Notes: a model not told the origin generated them from the letters alone. Positions 1-12,804 are shown, counted from the first letter of the stretch. The stretch: 64,000 bases of DNA from Balanoglossus misakiensis (GCA_040954595.2 CM082579.2:13579834-13643833); one strand, 5' to 3'. Program-made: numbers and translations.

Positions 1-1483
1 TAGGGCAAATGGCGAAGCAAGCTTTATGATGCATCAGAGTAGATGGTGATGCAAGCTCTGCACTTTGACATAGGTTTTCAATGCATATGCATGGGTATTT
101 AAAATTGACTGTAAATCCCTGGGTTAATACATGGCCAAAAGCACTGTAATTGCTAATGCAACAGTGATTTTAATTCTGATCTTTTGCATCAGGGTAAAAG
201 GCGAAGCAAGCTTGATGATGCATCTGGGAAGATGGTGTTTCAAGCCCTTCACTTTGACATTGGAATATAATGCATAAGTGGATTTAAAGTTGATTGTAAA
301 TGCCCAGTTTAATACGTGTCCAAAAGCACTGTACTTTGACATTGCTAATGCAACGATGACATTGAATCTGATTCTTTGCATCAGGGTAAATGGCGAAGCA
401 AGCTTGATGATGCATCAGGGTAGATAGTGATGCAATCACTACACTTTGACATGGGTATTAAATGCATATGGGGATTTCAAGCTGATGATAAATCCCTGGG
501 TTAATACGTGTCCAAAAGCACTGTAATTTGACATTGCTAATGCAATGGTGACATTGGATGTGATTCTTTGCATTAGGGCAAATGGCGAAGCAAGCTCAAT
601 GATGCATCAGAGTAGATGGTGATGCAAACTCTGCACTTTCACATGGGTATTTAATGTTAAAGTGAACCGACACCTTCCTTGTAGAGAGATTCTAATTTGC
701 GTCGTTTTTATTCACTTTCACTTATCGCGCAGCAGCGTAGCGTCGATCTCGATATGCAGCGTGACGTCACAAACTAGTCACCAGTAGCAGACGCCACCGT
801 GCGCACGCTAACGTACACAGACAGTTGACATGGGTGGCTGCCTCGCAAGTGGGAGCAAAAACAGAGTTGGCAAAAACACGGCGAAAGGTTTTATAAAAGT
901 TCCCGACCCTTCAGGGACAGTCAAAATGCAAATCGAGCTGGAAATTGGGTGTCAAACATTGGCATATTATTTCGGTGCTTATTGCTGAGACAGATGATAC
1001 TTTTGCTTCGGAAATGTTCGTGTTCAACTAGGCCCTATATCGTGAAGCATATTGCAAAAAAAAAACTACACAGCAAAAATTGTCGAAACAGCCGGGGCTC
1101 CTGATTACCTTTGATCACCATATGACGAAACCGATTTTTTGGCACTGTAAATCAAAACTCTGATCGGAAGAAAGTAGTGTGGTGGAAATAGGCCTACTAG
1201 TGAACACTGTGTTTGTCGCGTACCCAAGCTGTGAATGCATCGCAAAACCATTTCCAAAGACAAAAACGACCACCTCTACCATCTGGAAGCACCACAGATG
1301 TACTCGAAACATGACAATCGGAGTTTCTGCCTCCCTTTGATCAAGAAAGCCGCATCTTTTCACAGCTGTTGATCAACGTAAAGGATGGTAGACACGTGTG
1401 GTAGACATTTTCGCGAGAGTGTCAATAGGTTTACTTTCTATTCTTTTGGGAAATCACGAGGGTGCCTATTATGACATGGGTGA

Positions 1484-1795
1484 CTAAATGTCAAAAATTA
1501 TCGCATGGCTTCGTGATATGTCGTTCAAGTCTTTATCTAACGGCCTTGTCAAGAAATCTATTTCATGGCAGCACCGGCATTCCTTGACAGTAGAAATAAC
1601 TTCGCATTTACCGCAGCGCAGCTACACCATGAGCGTGATGAAAGACGAAGCCGATCACTCTTCTCGATCGTCTTTGCTGTCTACACTTGCCTCTGTACTA
1701 TTGGAATCAGTTTCACTTGAGTCGCCTACCATCTCATCGCTGCTGTATTCGGGTTCGTACAACAATCCGACGATATCTTCGTTTGAAAACTCCAT
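1484..1795 (-). pseudogene. Relic of a P2X7-C-terminal/nanor-like Cys-rich protein (probable Kolobok accessory KolX-type gene)
   Basis: Minus strand reads MEFSNEDIVGLLYEPEYSSDE...(acidic), then after frameshifts RLSSRSWCSC/CGKCEVISTVKECRCCHEI, matching the WCxCGxC...ECxCCxEI pattern. Confidence 0.65.
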
Positions 1796-2104
1796 ATCGC
1801 GTGGTCGTTTTTGTCTTTGGAAATGGTTTTGCGATGCATTCACAGCTTGGGTACGCGACAAAAACAGTGTTCACAAGTAGGACTATTTCCGCCACACTAC
1901 TTTCTTCCGATCAGAGTTTTGATTTACAGTGCCAAAAATTCGGTTTCGTCATATGGTGATCAAAGGAAATCAGGAGCCCCGGCTGTTTCGACAATTTTTG
2001 CTGTGTAGTTTTTTTTTTGCAATATGCTTCACGATATAGGGCCTAGTTGAACAGGAACATTTCCGAAGCAAAAGTATCATCTGTCTCAGCAATAAGCACC
2101 GAAA

Positions 2105-2245
2105 TAATATGCCAATGTTTGACACCCATTTTTCAGCTCGATTTGCATTTTGACTGTCCACCGAAGGGTCGGGAACTTTTATAAAACCTTTCGCCGTGTT
2201 TTTGCCAACTCTGTTTTTGCTCCCACTTGCGAGGCAGCCAGCCAT
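2105..2245 (-). pseudogene. THAP-like zinc-finger N-terminus relic (mirrored on + strand from 830)
   Basis: MAGCLASGSKNRVGKNTAKGFIKVPDP...RAEKWVSNIG resembles the THAP pattern CxAxGCxN...FxxP...W with the second Cys mutated. Confidence 0.5.
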
Positions 2246-2828
2246 GTCAACTGTCTATGTACGTTAGCGTGCGCACGGTGGCGTCTGCTACTGGTGACTA
2301 GTTTGTGACGTCACACTGCATATCGAGATCGACGCTACGCTGCTGCGCGATAAGTGAAAGTGAATAAAAACGACGCAAATCACTCATGTTTTTCACAAAG
2401 ATTTTATTAGGAATCTCTCTACAAGGAAGGTGTCGGTTCACTTTAAATGTAAATCCATAGGTTAATACTTGGCCAAAAGCACTCTAATTTGACATTGCTA
2501 ATGCAACGATGACATTGAATCTGATTCTTTGCATCAGGGCAAATGGCGAAGCAAGGTTGATGATGCATCAGGGTAGATAGTGATGCAATCACTTCACTTT
2601 GACATGGGTATTAAATGCATATGTGGATTTCAAGTTGATTGTAAATGCCCAGTTTAATACGTGTCCAATTGCACTGTACTTCGACATTGCTAATGCAACG
2701 ATGACATTGAATCTGATTCTTTGCATCAGGGCAAATGGCGAAGCAAGCTCAATGATGCATCAGAGTAGATGGTGATGCAAGCTCTGCACTTTGACATAGG
2801 TATTTAATGCATATGCATGGGTATTTAA

Positions 2829-3623
2829 GATGGGTCCCCCGGTTCTTTTTGCTCGTTGCTATGGGCCTTTGTAGGACATTACACCCCGATTTGGGCTAAG
2901 CCGTTTTCAGAGTCTAACACGGGGCCGGTAACTAGTTAAAAATCTGCACGATTGTGAGCGCGCGCCCCCTGACGCCATTGATATGCAAATTAGCTAGGTC
3001 AAATTTCAAAAGCCTAAGGCTTTTTATCCCGTGACCTCAAAAACGAACTTGATACGTATTCATTAGTTGCTTGAACCAGGGAAGATCGTGACGGATTTTG
3101 ATTTCGAATATTATCGTTGTATCCTACGATTTCAGCATACCCGTACCACACCTGAAAAAGTCATCGATTTTGGGTGATTTTGGACACACTCTTCCACCGG
3201 TATCGCTTCTTAGCATGACGAAAACCGAAAAAACGATCCGTCACACTGTGCGGAAGTGCGTTCTCAACAAGCAGGTCAAATTTGACTGGCGTACGTGGCC
3301 TATGAAAAAAGCCTTAGGGATTTTCGTGAACGGTACAAAATCTCTGTGTACAAAACATTGGATTTTTAGCGTTCGATCCAGTTACTCTGGTTACAGGACG
3401 CGCACGCCATCGCTGACCGCTGCTTTGCCGTATTAGCGTGGCGGCCTATGACCGGGCGGTAGCTGCCGTAAACATACTCGGACAGGGGGTGTGCACACAA
3501 TCGTGTGTATTTTTAACAAGTTACAAGCCCCTTGTCGGACGTTCATAACGGTTTCGATCAAAATTGAGTGTAGTGTCCCATAAAGGCCCATAGCAACGAG
3601 CAAAAAGATACGGGGGACCCATC
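2829..3623. mobile_element. Non-autonomous TTAA-flanked TIR element (MITE), Kolobok-like (GA...TC ends)
   Basis: ttaa|GATGGGTCCCCCGGTTCTTTTTGCTCGTTGCTATGGGCCTTT pairs with AAAGGCCCATAGCAACGAGCAAAAAGATACGGGGGACCCATC|ttaa; ~55-bp imperfect TIR; no coding capacity recognised. Confidence 0.82.
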
Positions 3624-3863
3624 TTAAAGCATGTTGAGATTTATCGTGTAATGTGCTATATAAGTAATAAATATTGTGTACAATAACACTTGTTTTATTG
3701 GAGTTTAAATGGAGCTGGGATCGAGGATGTGGGAGTTGGTCCTGGGACGAGGCTACCTCGTGGTTTTTTGCCCAGACGGACAGCGGACATTTTCTATGAC
3801 GCTCGCCGAAACTGCTTTAATTTCGATCTTTCCCGGACATACCCCCAATAGTCACCAGTTACA

Positions 3864-4847
3864 ATGTCAGAAGATTACAGCTTTGTTGAATGGTGTGAAG
3901 CGGCGGGTCTTTCAAAAGACACTATCAGCTCACTAACCACCTCCCAGGTCACATCCTCCGAAGTACTGTAGTGCCTCAGCGACCAAGACATTGTCGACCT
4001 ACAACTACACATCGGTCAACATGGACTGCTTCGCCAGTTGCGAAACAAACTATGCTCTCAAAAAGCGGAATCCAAGCCCGTGGACACGCCGAAGCCCGCC
4101 GGCGAGGCCACCAAAGAGGTAACCACACAAGACTTGGCAAAAAACAAGGCACTGAATGAGCTCCTCGAAGCCCTAGGCAACGATGCCCTCAAAGACGTCC
4201 TGTCCGACCAACCACAGGCCACAAACGCAAAGCCAGCCCCCGGGAAAGGTGAGCGAAAACCCCTACTAATTCCGGACTATGTCACCACGAAAAAGGGTTC
4301 GTTCGATCAACCAGACGAAACTGAACTGGCCGCCGACGGAGACACAAAATTAGTTATGCGAACAGCAAAACAACGACCGCGACCGGACCAAGTTTCACTG
4401 CCACAGTGGATATCAGCCAATGCCCGCATTTTAAAGGCACTGATCGCCCGCGGTATGTCCACGGAAGAGACACTGGCATATCTCGATCATACAATTAATA
4501 TTGGTGACTACACTCAATCATTCACAATCCCATCGGTCCTGACTTACGATCACGAGTGCAGGAAAAAGCAGGCTGCCGATTCGCTCGCGTGGGGAGCCGT
4601 AGACCTTCACCTGTCACTCTATCACCTTGATGAGCGGCAAGTCGCGCCTCAGCAAAAAGGGTAAAATACCACAGGCAACTCCAAAGGTCGCAGTTATGAT
4701 TCGAAAGGCTAGGAAATTTGCTTCGATTTCCAAAACCCACCGGGCTGCAACCGCACCTACTGTCGTTTTGCGCACATATGCATCGAGGACGGGTGCCACA
4801 AAGATCACCCACAACACCGCCACAAATCGCTAACTTCGAACAATCAT
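3864..4847 (+). pseudogene. gag: Gag-like ORF of Ngaro #1 (SAM-like N-terminus, C-terminal CCCH finger), disrupted
   Basis: ATG 3864 MSEDYSFVEWCEAAGLSKDTI...; stop at 3969 in frame with ORF 4038-4664; after a frameshift reads ICFDFQNPPGCNRTYCRFAHICIEDGC. Confidence 0.75.
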
Positions 4848-4849
4848 GC

Positions 4850-6654
4850 CTAGGATAAGGTTGCTAGCCCTCTTACTGATCACCTGGCAACGTGGAATGA
4901 TGAACTGGAAAATGACATGGATCGCGACTTCATACTCAACGGTTTAAAATTTGGTTTCGATATCATTACCCCTGGTACCCCCCTTCAAAACGTGGACAGA
5001 AAAAAAATATGCGTCATGCTCTGACCCTGCTAATCGCAAGGCAGTCGAGGAACAAATTATCCATGAGGTTGATGTGGGTAATTACCGTGTCACAGCGGAG
5101 AAGCCTCAAATAATTAGCAGTTTAGGTGCCATCCCCAAGAAAAACTCTGACAAAGTCAGACTCATACACGACTGCAGCCGCCCAGTAGGAGGCGGTGTCA
5201 ACGCGTACGCTTCTACTTCAACTTTTAAATATGAAACTATAGATCACGCGGTGCAACTGTGCAAAGTTGGTTCATATCTCGCGAAAGTGGACTTGAAGTC
5301 AGCGTACCGTTCGGTCCCTATAAGCACGGACTCGCAGCGAGCTACAGGTCTCCGCTACAAATTTTCAGGACAGAATACCTCTACTTATATGGTGGACACC
5401 AGGCTACCATTCGGGGCAGCCAAAAGCCCAGAAATTTTCACCCGCATAACGCAAAGCGTCACCAGAATGATGTGCAGAAAAGGGTACCAGGCGGTAATTG
5501 TTTATCTTGATGATTTTCTGATTATAGCGGACTCCAAATTTGCTCGCGAGCAAGCATTTCTGGCTTTATTACAACTTTTACAGAACCTTGGCTTCACAAT
5601 AAACTGGGACAAAGTGGTAAACCCAACACAGCAGCTGACATTTCTTGGCATAGAGATAAATGCACGCACACGGACGCTTTCCCTCAATAAGGGCAAATTA
5701 CAGGACTTGAGCGACCTTTTGCAACACTGGCTTCCTAAGCGGCGAACAACCAAACACGAACTCCAACAACTACTTGGCAAACTCAACTGGGCAGCACGGG
5801 TTATTCGCGGCGGACGCACATTTTTGAGACGTCTTATTGACTTGTCAAACTCAGTTTCACAGCAGTCTCATCACATACGCCTTCACAGGCACGCGAGAGC
5901 GGACATCCAATGGTGGACAAATCTGAGCAAAATTTTCAATGGTACGGCTTTCTTCATTGAGGAGACTCCGTTGCCCCAACAGGTTTTCACCACTGATGCA
6001 TGCGCAATAGCGGGAGCAGGTATTTTCGCGAATGACTGGTTTTATACACAGTGGTCGGCCGACCACCCTATCTTGGCAGACATGCACATCAACTTACAGG
6101 AACTGTATACAGTCCTGATTGCATGCAGGCGATGGTGTTGTTTCTGGGACAAACGCCACATAGTGGTATATACAGACAATACCACAACCATGTACGCCAT
6201 TAACTCTGGTACATCCCGCAACAAAGCGGCTATGGAATGGCTTCGCGAGTTGTTCTGGCTGTCGGCACTATTTAATTTCCACATCACAGCCCGATACGTG
6301 AGCACCAAGGACAACAGCGCAGACTCCTTATCGCGTTTACACTCTGCCAAACACTACTTCACAGCAGTGAACCTTCTCGCCAATCACCAGCTACACCCGC
6401 TAAGAGATTGGTATCGCCATATGACGGATGCTTCTTACTCTCTTCTACTTCAGGGCCTGTGCAGCAACAGTTACACCAGCTGGATATGGACATCGGCAAA
6501 TACAAGCACGCAGCATATGCAGAATCAACAAAGAAAACATACAGCTCTCAACGTACTGCCTACCTCCGGTTTTGTCTCTACTTCGGCCTCAGGCCTGTGC
6601 CCTGCACGCAACTCACCGTCTGCAGATACATTGTCTTCCTGGCTCGGTCACTAA
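4850..6654 (+). pseudogene. pol: RT/RNase H of Ngaro #1 (frameshifts near both ends)
   Basis: ORF 4951-6654 contains LIHDCS, KVDLKSAY, LPFG, YLDDF, TDAC, INLQEL and YTDN, which are DIRS/Ngaro RT-RH motifs. Confidence 0.93.
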
Positions 6655-7454
6655 AACCTAGTAGCCTCCCAGGATATTTGAACATTATTAGACTCTTACA
6701 TGCTGAAGCTGGCTACGCCAACCCTTTAGAGAACAACTGGCTCCTTTGTATTTTGAAGCGGGGCATAGCTAGGACTCACAGGGTCCCACCCAGCCAAAAA
6801 CTGCCAATCTCGCCTTCAATACTGAAGGACATTCACTCACACCTGGATCTGTCAATCCCCTTCAATGCCACATTTTGGTGCGCTTGTCTTTTCGCATTTT
6901 TCACCTTCGCCAGAAAGTCCACATTGTTGTTAAAAGATCAAACACTGCCAAATTCCAGTAAGTAATTGCGCAGAGATGATGTGTCCGTTCACAACGGTCT
7001 GGCTACCATTACGGTCCGCCACACAAAAACTATCCAGTATGGCCAACGAGTACTAGAGTTGCCCCTTCAACAAATTGCCAACTCCTGCCTATGTCCGGTG
7101 GCAGCTTTCCACCAGATGCTTCATCTCTCCCCATCAGAGGAACCTCATACCCATTTATTTTCATATCGACCATCAGTCAATGCACCCACATCCTGCCCTC
7201 AGGTTCTCACTCATTCAAAGTTTACAAAGACACTCAGACTAGTCCTGAGCAATTGTGGCTACAAACCATCCCTGTATTCGGGTCATTCATTTCGCAGGGG
7301 AGGGGCAACATTTGCGGTGAACTTGGGTATTCCCCCTCTTCTCATCAAATTACAAGGCGGCTGGAGCTCAAATGCCTTCAAACGCTATACTGTCATTTCC
7401 TCGGAAACCAAATGTAGAGTCGCCAAATCCCTGGCGTTAGCCTTATCAGATTAG
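6408..7454 (+). pseudogene. Tyrosine recombinase of Ngaro #1 (in-frame stop at 6963-6965)
   Basis: ORFs 6408-6965 and 6966-7454 share a frame: FFTFARKS, TKT, LCPV, HSFRRGGAT, GGWSSNAFKRY. Confidence 0.92.
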
Positions 7455-7989
7455 TAAGGGCGCTAGCACGCACTGCCTGTGTTGGGGGTATTGTTTGGCG
7501 GTTTTTCAGGCTATTTAGCCGGTCAACATGAGAAATTAAACTAGTTGACCTTTACCCCCAACACTTGTGTCTGTTTTATTAGTTTGTTAGTGATAGTAGT
7601 GTTGCCATTTAAGTGTACAATAACACTTGTTTTATTGGAGTTTAAATGGAGCTGGGATCGAGGATGTGGGAGTTGGTCCTGGGACGAGGCTACCTCGTGG
7701 TTTTTTTGCCCAGACGGACAGCGGACATTCCCCACCCTCCCTCCCATTGTTTAAAAAAATACGATAATGTTATTAAAAGTTAAGAGCTTTATCGTTAGAA
7801 GCGCTTTTAGTGTTACATGCTTCGCCTCTGCATTCTGTAATTCCTGTTCTGGCGGTTTTTCAGGCTATTTAGCCGGTCAACATGAGAAATTAAAATAGTT
7901 GACCTTTACCCCCAACACTTGTGTCTGTTTTATTAGTTTGTTAGTGATAGTAGTGCTGCCATTTAAATATTAATATTATTACATAAACG

Positions 7990-9190
7990 ACACTCTTACT
8001 TAGCATAGGAATTGGTCAGGTGAACTATATTCGCAGAGCTGACCAATTGTTTAAGTAAAATTCAAGTTGGGTAATATGGACGTATTCACATTTACAAACT
8101 GTGCTATGTATGGGATAGTGATGTTGCCTAATTTGAACGTCTCCACATTTACTTGAATTCTAGTAGTAGCTAAACAAGGCTGCCTATAAAAAGGTCATTG
8201 TGAAACATACACAACACTTTTATTGAGCATGGGAAATGTTAATGAGAACTGTGTTCTCGGAGCTCACAAACAGTGTTATGGGAAATTCAAGCTGCTAAAC
8301 TTGCATGTCTCTACATTTACTGAAATTCTGATTATGAGCTAAATAAGGCAATGTATGGGAATGTCATTTTACCGCATACTGTCACACAACATTTCTATTT
8401 AGCATGGGAAATAGTCTTAAGAACAGTATTCTCAGAGTTGACAAACTGTGTTATGTGTAGGATATTCAAGTTGCCTAATTGACAATTGTTAGCAACCAGT
8501 TGTCTTCAAGAAGGTTTGGGGCACCAACCTCAACGTGCTTTATTCTCACTACATTTAGGTACCCAGGTATGCTAGATGGTTTTAGTGATCTATAAAGTTA
8601 CCTTGTATATTGAGCAACTGTTAACTTGGAGTGTTGCTCAATGATAGGAAAGTCCTTTGTTCATTTTCAAAAATGTGAACAAAACACACTGAGTTATGTA
8701 CGGGATATTGATGTTGCCTAATTTGCATGTCTCCACATTTACTTAAACTCTAAAAGGGAGACAAATGTCGCAGCAGAGGGAAAATAATTATGCCACACGC
8801 AACACATTTATTGAGCATGAAAAATGTTCATGAGAACTGTCTTATGAGAATTCTCAGGGCTCACAAACTGTGTTATAGGAAATCTGACAAGGAATCCAAA
8901 CTGTAACACATACACAACATTGTTATTTAGCCTGGGAAATGGTCCTGAGAACAATATTCTCAGAGTTGACAAACTGTGTTATGTGCATGTTATATTGATG
9001 TTGTCTAATTTGTACGCCTGTACATTTATTAATACTCTGACAGTGAGCTTAATAACGCAGCGCCGGCTAAGGTCATGTTGCCATGTACACAACATTTTTA
9101 ATTAGCATAGGTAATGGTCATGATAACTTCATTTGCAGAGCTGTCAAACTGTGTTATGTGAAATTCATGTTACCTTTTTCGTGATGATGG
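7990..9190. repeat. Old degenerate tandem repeat, ~172-176-bp period
   Basis: Motif acaaactgtgttatg...gttgcctaatttg...ctccacatttac recurs near 8095, 8267, 8441, 8690, 8862, 8970 and 9146. Confidence 0.7.
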
Positions 9191-10133
9191 CTTGTGGTAC
9201 ACAAGGGTTAACAGCAATCAGCAATTGCTTGTATGAAGGGTATGATGATTGGTTTACAAATGTGAATGGTATAATAATGGGCAACACACGTGGAAGGGTT
9301 TAATAAACAGTTAACAAATGTGGTGATGGTTTGCGGTAAAATTGAGTGTACACAGATTATAATGGGCCAAACAATGAGTATAATAAAGATAATTGCACTG
9401 TGCATGTCCCGCACTTTGGCCCCTCACTATTGTATTTTCGACACCCTTACATACCTTTTAATGATGGTGAAGGGTTTTATGTGAATGGTGTAATAAAGGT
9501 TAACAAATGTGGTGATAGCTTTGGTGTACAGGCTGTAAATATTGATAGTAATGACAAAGGTATAATAATAAAAGCTTAAATAAGTGTCGGGGTATACTCA
9601 TCATGATGGTTCGTTCATTGGTTAATGTGTATATTTTATGAATAACATGCTATTGTTTCTCAGATAGTTCATAATCAGGATTTCTCCATGCACATCGTCA
9701 TCATGATTCAGTGGAATTCTTCGGAATGGTACCTGTGATCATTTTCACGCACCGACACACTGTACGCGGCAGACATGCAGAAAATATTAACACGTAACTC
9801 GCACGCATAATGTTAAATCTAAACGACTATATGTTAGGTTAGCTTCAACTCCCCACCCCATCCACATTCCACATTTAGCTTGCAGTGAGGTTTTGGGGTA
9901 GTACCGATTGGGAAACTTCAAGGTTCATTCACTGTATCAAATATTGGATTTGTCACACTGTGTCTGGGGTGGGTAAAACATGGAGAAATGTTGTCAGTAA
10001 ACTTTAACCAGGCAGGTCACATGAAAGGAAGATTTTATTGTTTGAGTTCGATGACATACATGATAAGATTTGTCACTTTTGACACCTTTTTGCAATTTGA
10101 CTTAGACGCAGATGTATCTTTTCATTTGGACAC

Positions 10134-10364
10134 TGTTATGTTTACTGACTCGGTGAGATCAGGTAACGTTTTGTGTAACTCTTTTAATGAGAAACTTCAA
10201 CTGGAACACGAACACAACAACTGTACGTTCTGCTAGTACAAGATGGCAGCCATGAACGCAGGGAAAAAACATGACCTTACAATGTCATATAAACTCTGCT
10301 AGAGGGCGCTCTATCAAAGCATTGCATGTGGTATGCTATAGTGGGTTATAGGCATATCATAACA
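10134..10364 (-). repeat. 3' LTR of Gypsy #1
   Basis: 231-bp direct repeat of 21043-21273, TG...CA ends, adjacent to the PPT. Confidence 0.93.
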
Positions 10365-11586
10365 TCCCCCTCCTTAAGCTGGATAGCAAACTTGTGAAAA
10401 GTGTATTGCGATAAATGTTCAGACACAGAGTCCATAATGTTCTATCAACTGAGAGTTCCTATCAGTCTATGAATTCATGCAAACAGTGTTCATTGTAATG
10501 TTCAAATAACGCTAAAGTTTTGACACTGGGAATAACACCAACACTGTGAAATGTACTGCAAGATTTTCAGCTTTGTGAAATGTTTTAACAAGAATGCAAC
10601 ATCAACAACTAATGGTCTCTGGTGATTCACGAGAGTACAAAATCATCGAATTTGCTCGGTAGTTTACTGTTCCGCTTTGGGCGATCCACAGAACAAGGAG
10701 CAAGTGTTTCTTGAGCGGTGTCTGCCTTGAGTGCACATCTGACATCTGGCTGGCGATCACCTGTTTCATCAGTTGCAGTGCGGCTGGATGCTGCATTGTG
10801 GTGCGTGGGCTTTACATGAACTAAATCATGCTGATATTGAACTCCCTCCGGGGTCCGGATGGTGTATCTGCGATCAGACGACTTGTCAATCACCGTAGCT
10901 GGTTGCCAGGTTGACTTTGGTGTCTTCTGAAATCTGCATGGGGAGCCAATATGGAGTGGCATTTTTTCAGCATGTCCTCCATGAGGTATGTAAGAGGTCA
11001 AAACTCGGTAGTCTGCACCAGGTTCTGCGCCAGGCGCATTTTCATAAAAGGGAACTCTGCGCCATGTGTTTGCACCATGCATTCTGCGCCACCCTTTGCG
11101 CCAAGCGATCTGCGCCACCCTATTCACGTACGTGCATGTGTAGGATGGACGGTAACAACGCAGCGTCCCAGTACACGCACAATATACACGTTTGTACATT
11201 ACATGTTTATTTCAAATGAAAGGTAATTAAAAAGAACTTTTGTACAGCGTGTAATTTCTGAAAATTGTTGAGAAAAAAAAAGTAAATTCAAGTTCGTTCG
11301 CGGGCTGAATGGGTTAACAGGAACAGTTGGTTTCCTGGAAACTACTGATAACTTCGTAAACAACGTTCAGTCTATTATTTCTTCAGAAAACCGTTGAGAG
11401 ATGATTGTTTTAGGGAACATCGCTTCTGGAGGAGATTAGCATATCATGGCTGCCTAGTCGGACGTGTGCTCTCCAGCCTCCGCACAAACCCTATTTTTTC
11501 TTCAAGAATACTGCGTATATAGCACTCCGGTTGTAAATATTTTGGCATAACGTCATTGCGGTTCGTAGGAACTGACTTTTAGCCGT

Positions 11587-12441
11587 ATGGTACGAAAGGG
11601 ACGAAAACGAAACCGGCCGAAGTCCTCGACAAGCTCCACCGGTAGTCTTAACATGGCGTCCATTGCTGATATCGTGAGTACTGACCTAGACAGTGTTATG
11701 CAGCACGCCGACGAAGACACCTTTCCACAACTTTCGTCACCTGAACTGAAAGCTTTGGCAGCGATACTTACGAAGCAGAACGAAACTTTGTCAGATAAAA
11801 TAGACAAAGTTAAAGACGAATTAACTCAAGAAATGTCTATGGTTGTCGCTAAACTGAACTCGACCGTGGAAAATGTTGCAGTGTTGAAGGAAAAGATTAC
11901 TGGTGTTGAACGTAGTCAGGAACACGTGGCTGCTGAAATGGACTCATTGCGCGAGGCATTGAAAAATGAACGCCGTGAACGTATTGCCGCCCAATTGCTG
12001 TTGGATAGATTCAGTAGAAAGAATGATATAATTATACGTGGCATCCAGTTCGTTAAAGATGAAGATGTTGAACGCAAAACGCGCACTTTTTTCAAGGAAT
12101 CGTTAAAATTACCGACTGCTGAACAGCTACAACTCTGCTCGGTTCATCGTCTCGCCAAGCCCTCGGAAAGCCGCCCATCTCCACCTATTTTGGCAAGATT
12201 CGTCAATCTTAGCGACAGGAATGATGTTCTCAGCCGTGGCCATTTATTGAAGGACACCAAATTTATTGTTCACGAACATTTACCACCTGTTTTACAGAAT
12301 GCGCGCAACAAACTCTTGCCAGCATATTACAACGCCAAGAAAGATGGTTGCCGTGTACAGTTACGAGTGCCACCACGTGAATGCTGTGCCTTGCTTATTA
12401 TTGACGGTAAAGTGAACAGACGCTTAGAAGCTGTAGCTTAA
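11587..12441 (+). CDS. ORF1: L1 ORF1p (coiled coil + RRM-like domain)
   Basis: 284 aa; heptad-rich region followed by SRKNDIIIRGI...VHRL...PPILARF...VHEHLP. Confidence 0.9.
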   Translation: MVRKGRKRNRPKSSTSSTGSLNMASIADIVSTDLDSVMQHADEDTFPQLSSPELKALAAILTKQNETLSDKIDKVKDELTQEMSMVVAKLNSTVENVAVLKEKITGVERSQEHVAAEMDSLREALKNERRERIAAQLLLDRFSRKNDIIIRGIQFVKDEDVERKTRTFFKESLKLPTAEQLQLCSVHRLAKPSESRPSPPILARFVNLSDRNDVLSRGHLLKDTKFIVHEHLPPVLQNARNKLLPAYYNAKKDGCRVQLRVPPRECCALLIIDGKVNRRLEAVA

Positions 12442-12804
12442 TTAATAATGTAGTTGGGTTAAGTTTACGGAGTTTGTTTTTACGAAGGTTCTGTGTGTTC
12501 ATTTTGCAGTATTTTCATATGGGTATTTGCGGGGTTGGAGACATTCTATTCTTCGGCTTTGTTTATCGGCGCCTTTTCTCTCCTTCCTTTTGTTTCCCCC
12601 CCCCCCTTGTTGTGTTTTTGTGTTTTTTTTTTCTTTCTTGTCTTTTTCCGTTCCTCATGTGTGTCGTTGATAATTGCTCCTTATTTGTTTTCCCCTCTTT
12701 GGTATCATGGTCAAAAAAAAAAATTCCCATTGACAATTTCTCTATGCTTTTTATTTTTTTATTTTTCATGATTCTTTCTTTTTTTATTCCATTTTCCGCT
12801 ATAT

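Larger units (their letters stand above)
661..2442. mobile_element. Non-autonomous foldback DNA transposon, Kolobok-like (TTAA TSD, AG...CT ends, ~610-bp inverted arms)
   Basis: ttaa|AGTGAACCGACACCTTCCTTGTAGAGAGATTC at 657-692 is the reverse complement of GAATCTCTCTACAAGGAAGGTGTCGGTTCACT|ttaa at 2411-2446. Arms 661-1273 and 1801-2442 are inverted copies. Removing the element plus one TTAA restores satellite-like sequence. Confidence 0.85.
1..2824. repeat. ~190-bp satellite array, interrupted at 661-2442
   Basis: Motif agggc/taaa/tggcgaagcaagc...gatgcatcag recurs at about 1, 190, 382 and 573, and again at about 2536 and 2728 after the insertion. Units are diverged. Confidence 0.92.
3676..7966 (+). 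mobile_element. Ngaro-type tyrosine-recombinase retrotransposon #1 with split direct repeats
   Basis: A1 3676-3791 = A2 7613-7729; B1 7496-7612 = B2 7850-7966 (A1-ORFs-B1-A2-B2). Overlapping gag, RT/RNase H and YR frames; no methyltransferase domain seen. Confidence 0.93.

Noticed and set aside
1811-2008. AVSTIF resembling the THAP AVPTIF motif
   Set aside because: It is on the opposite strand to the THAP-like start in the same arm, so it is probably coincidental.
9200-10130. Short ORFs and weak repeats
   Set aside because: Low-complexity degenerate sequence with no supported product.
11295-11317. piggyBac-like end (gggctgaatgggttaa)
   Set aside because: No matching opposite terminus found in the window.
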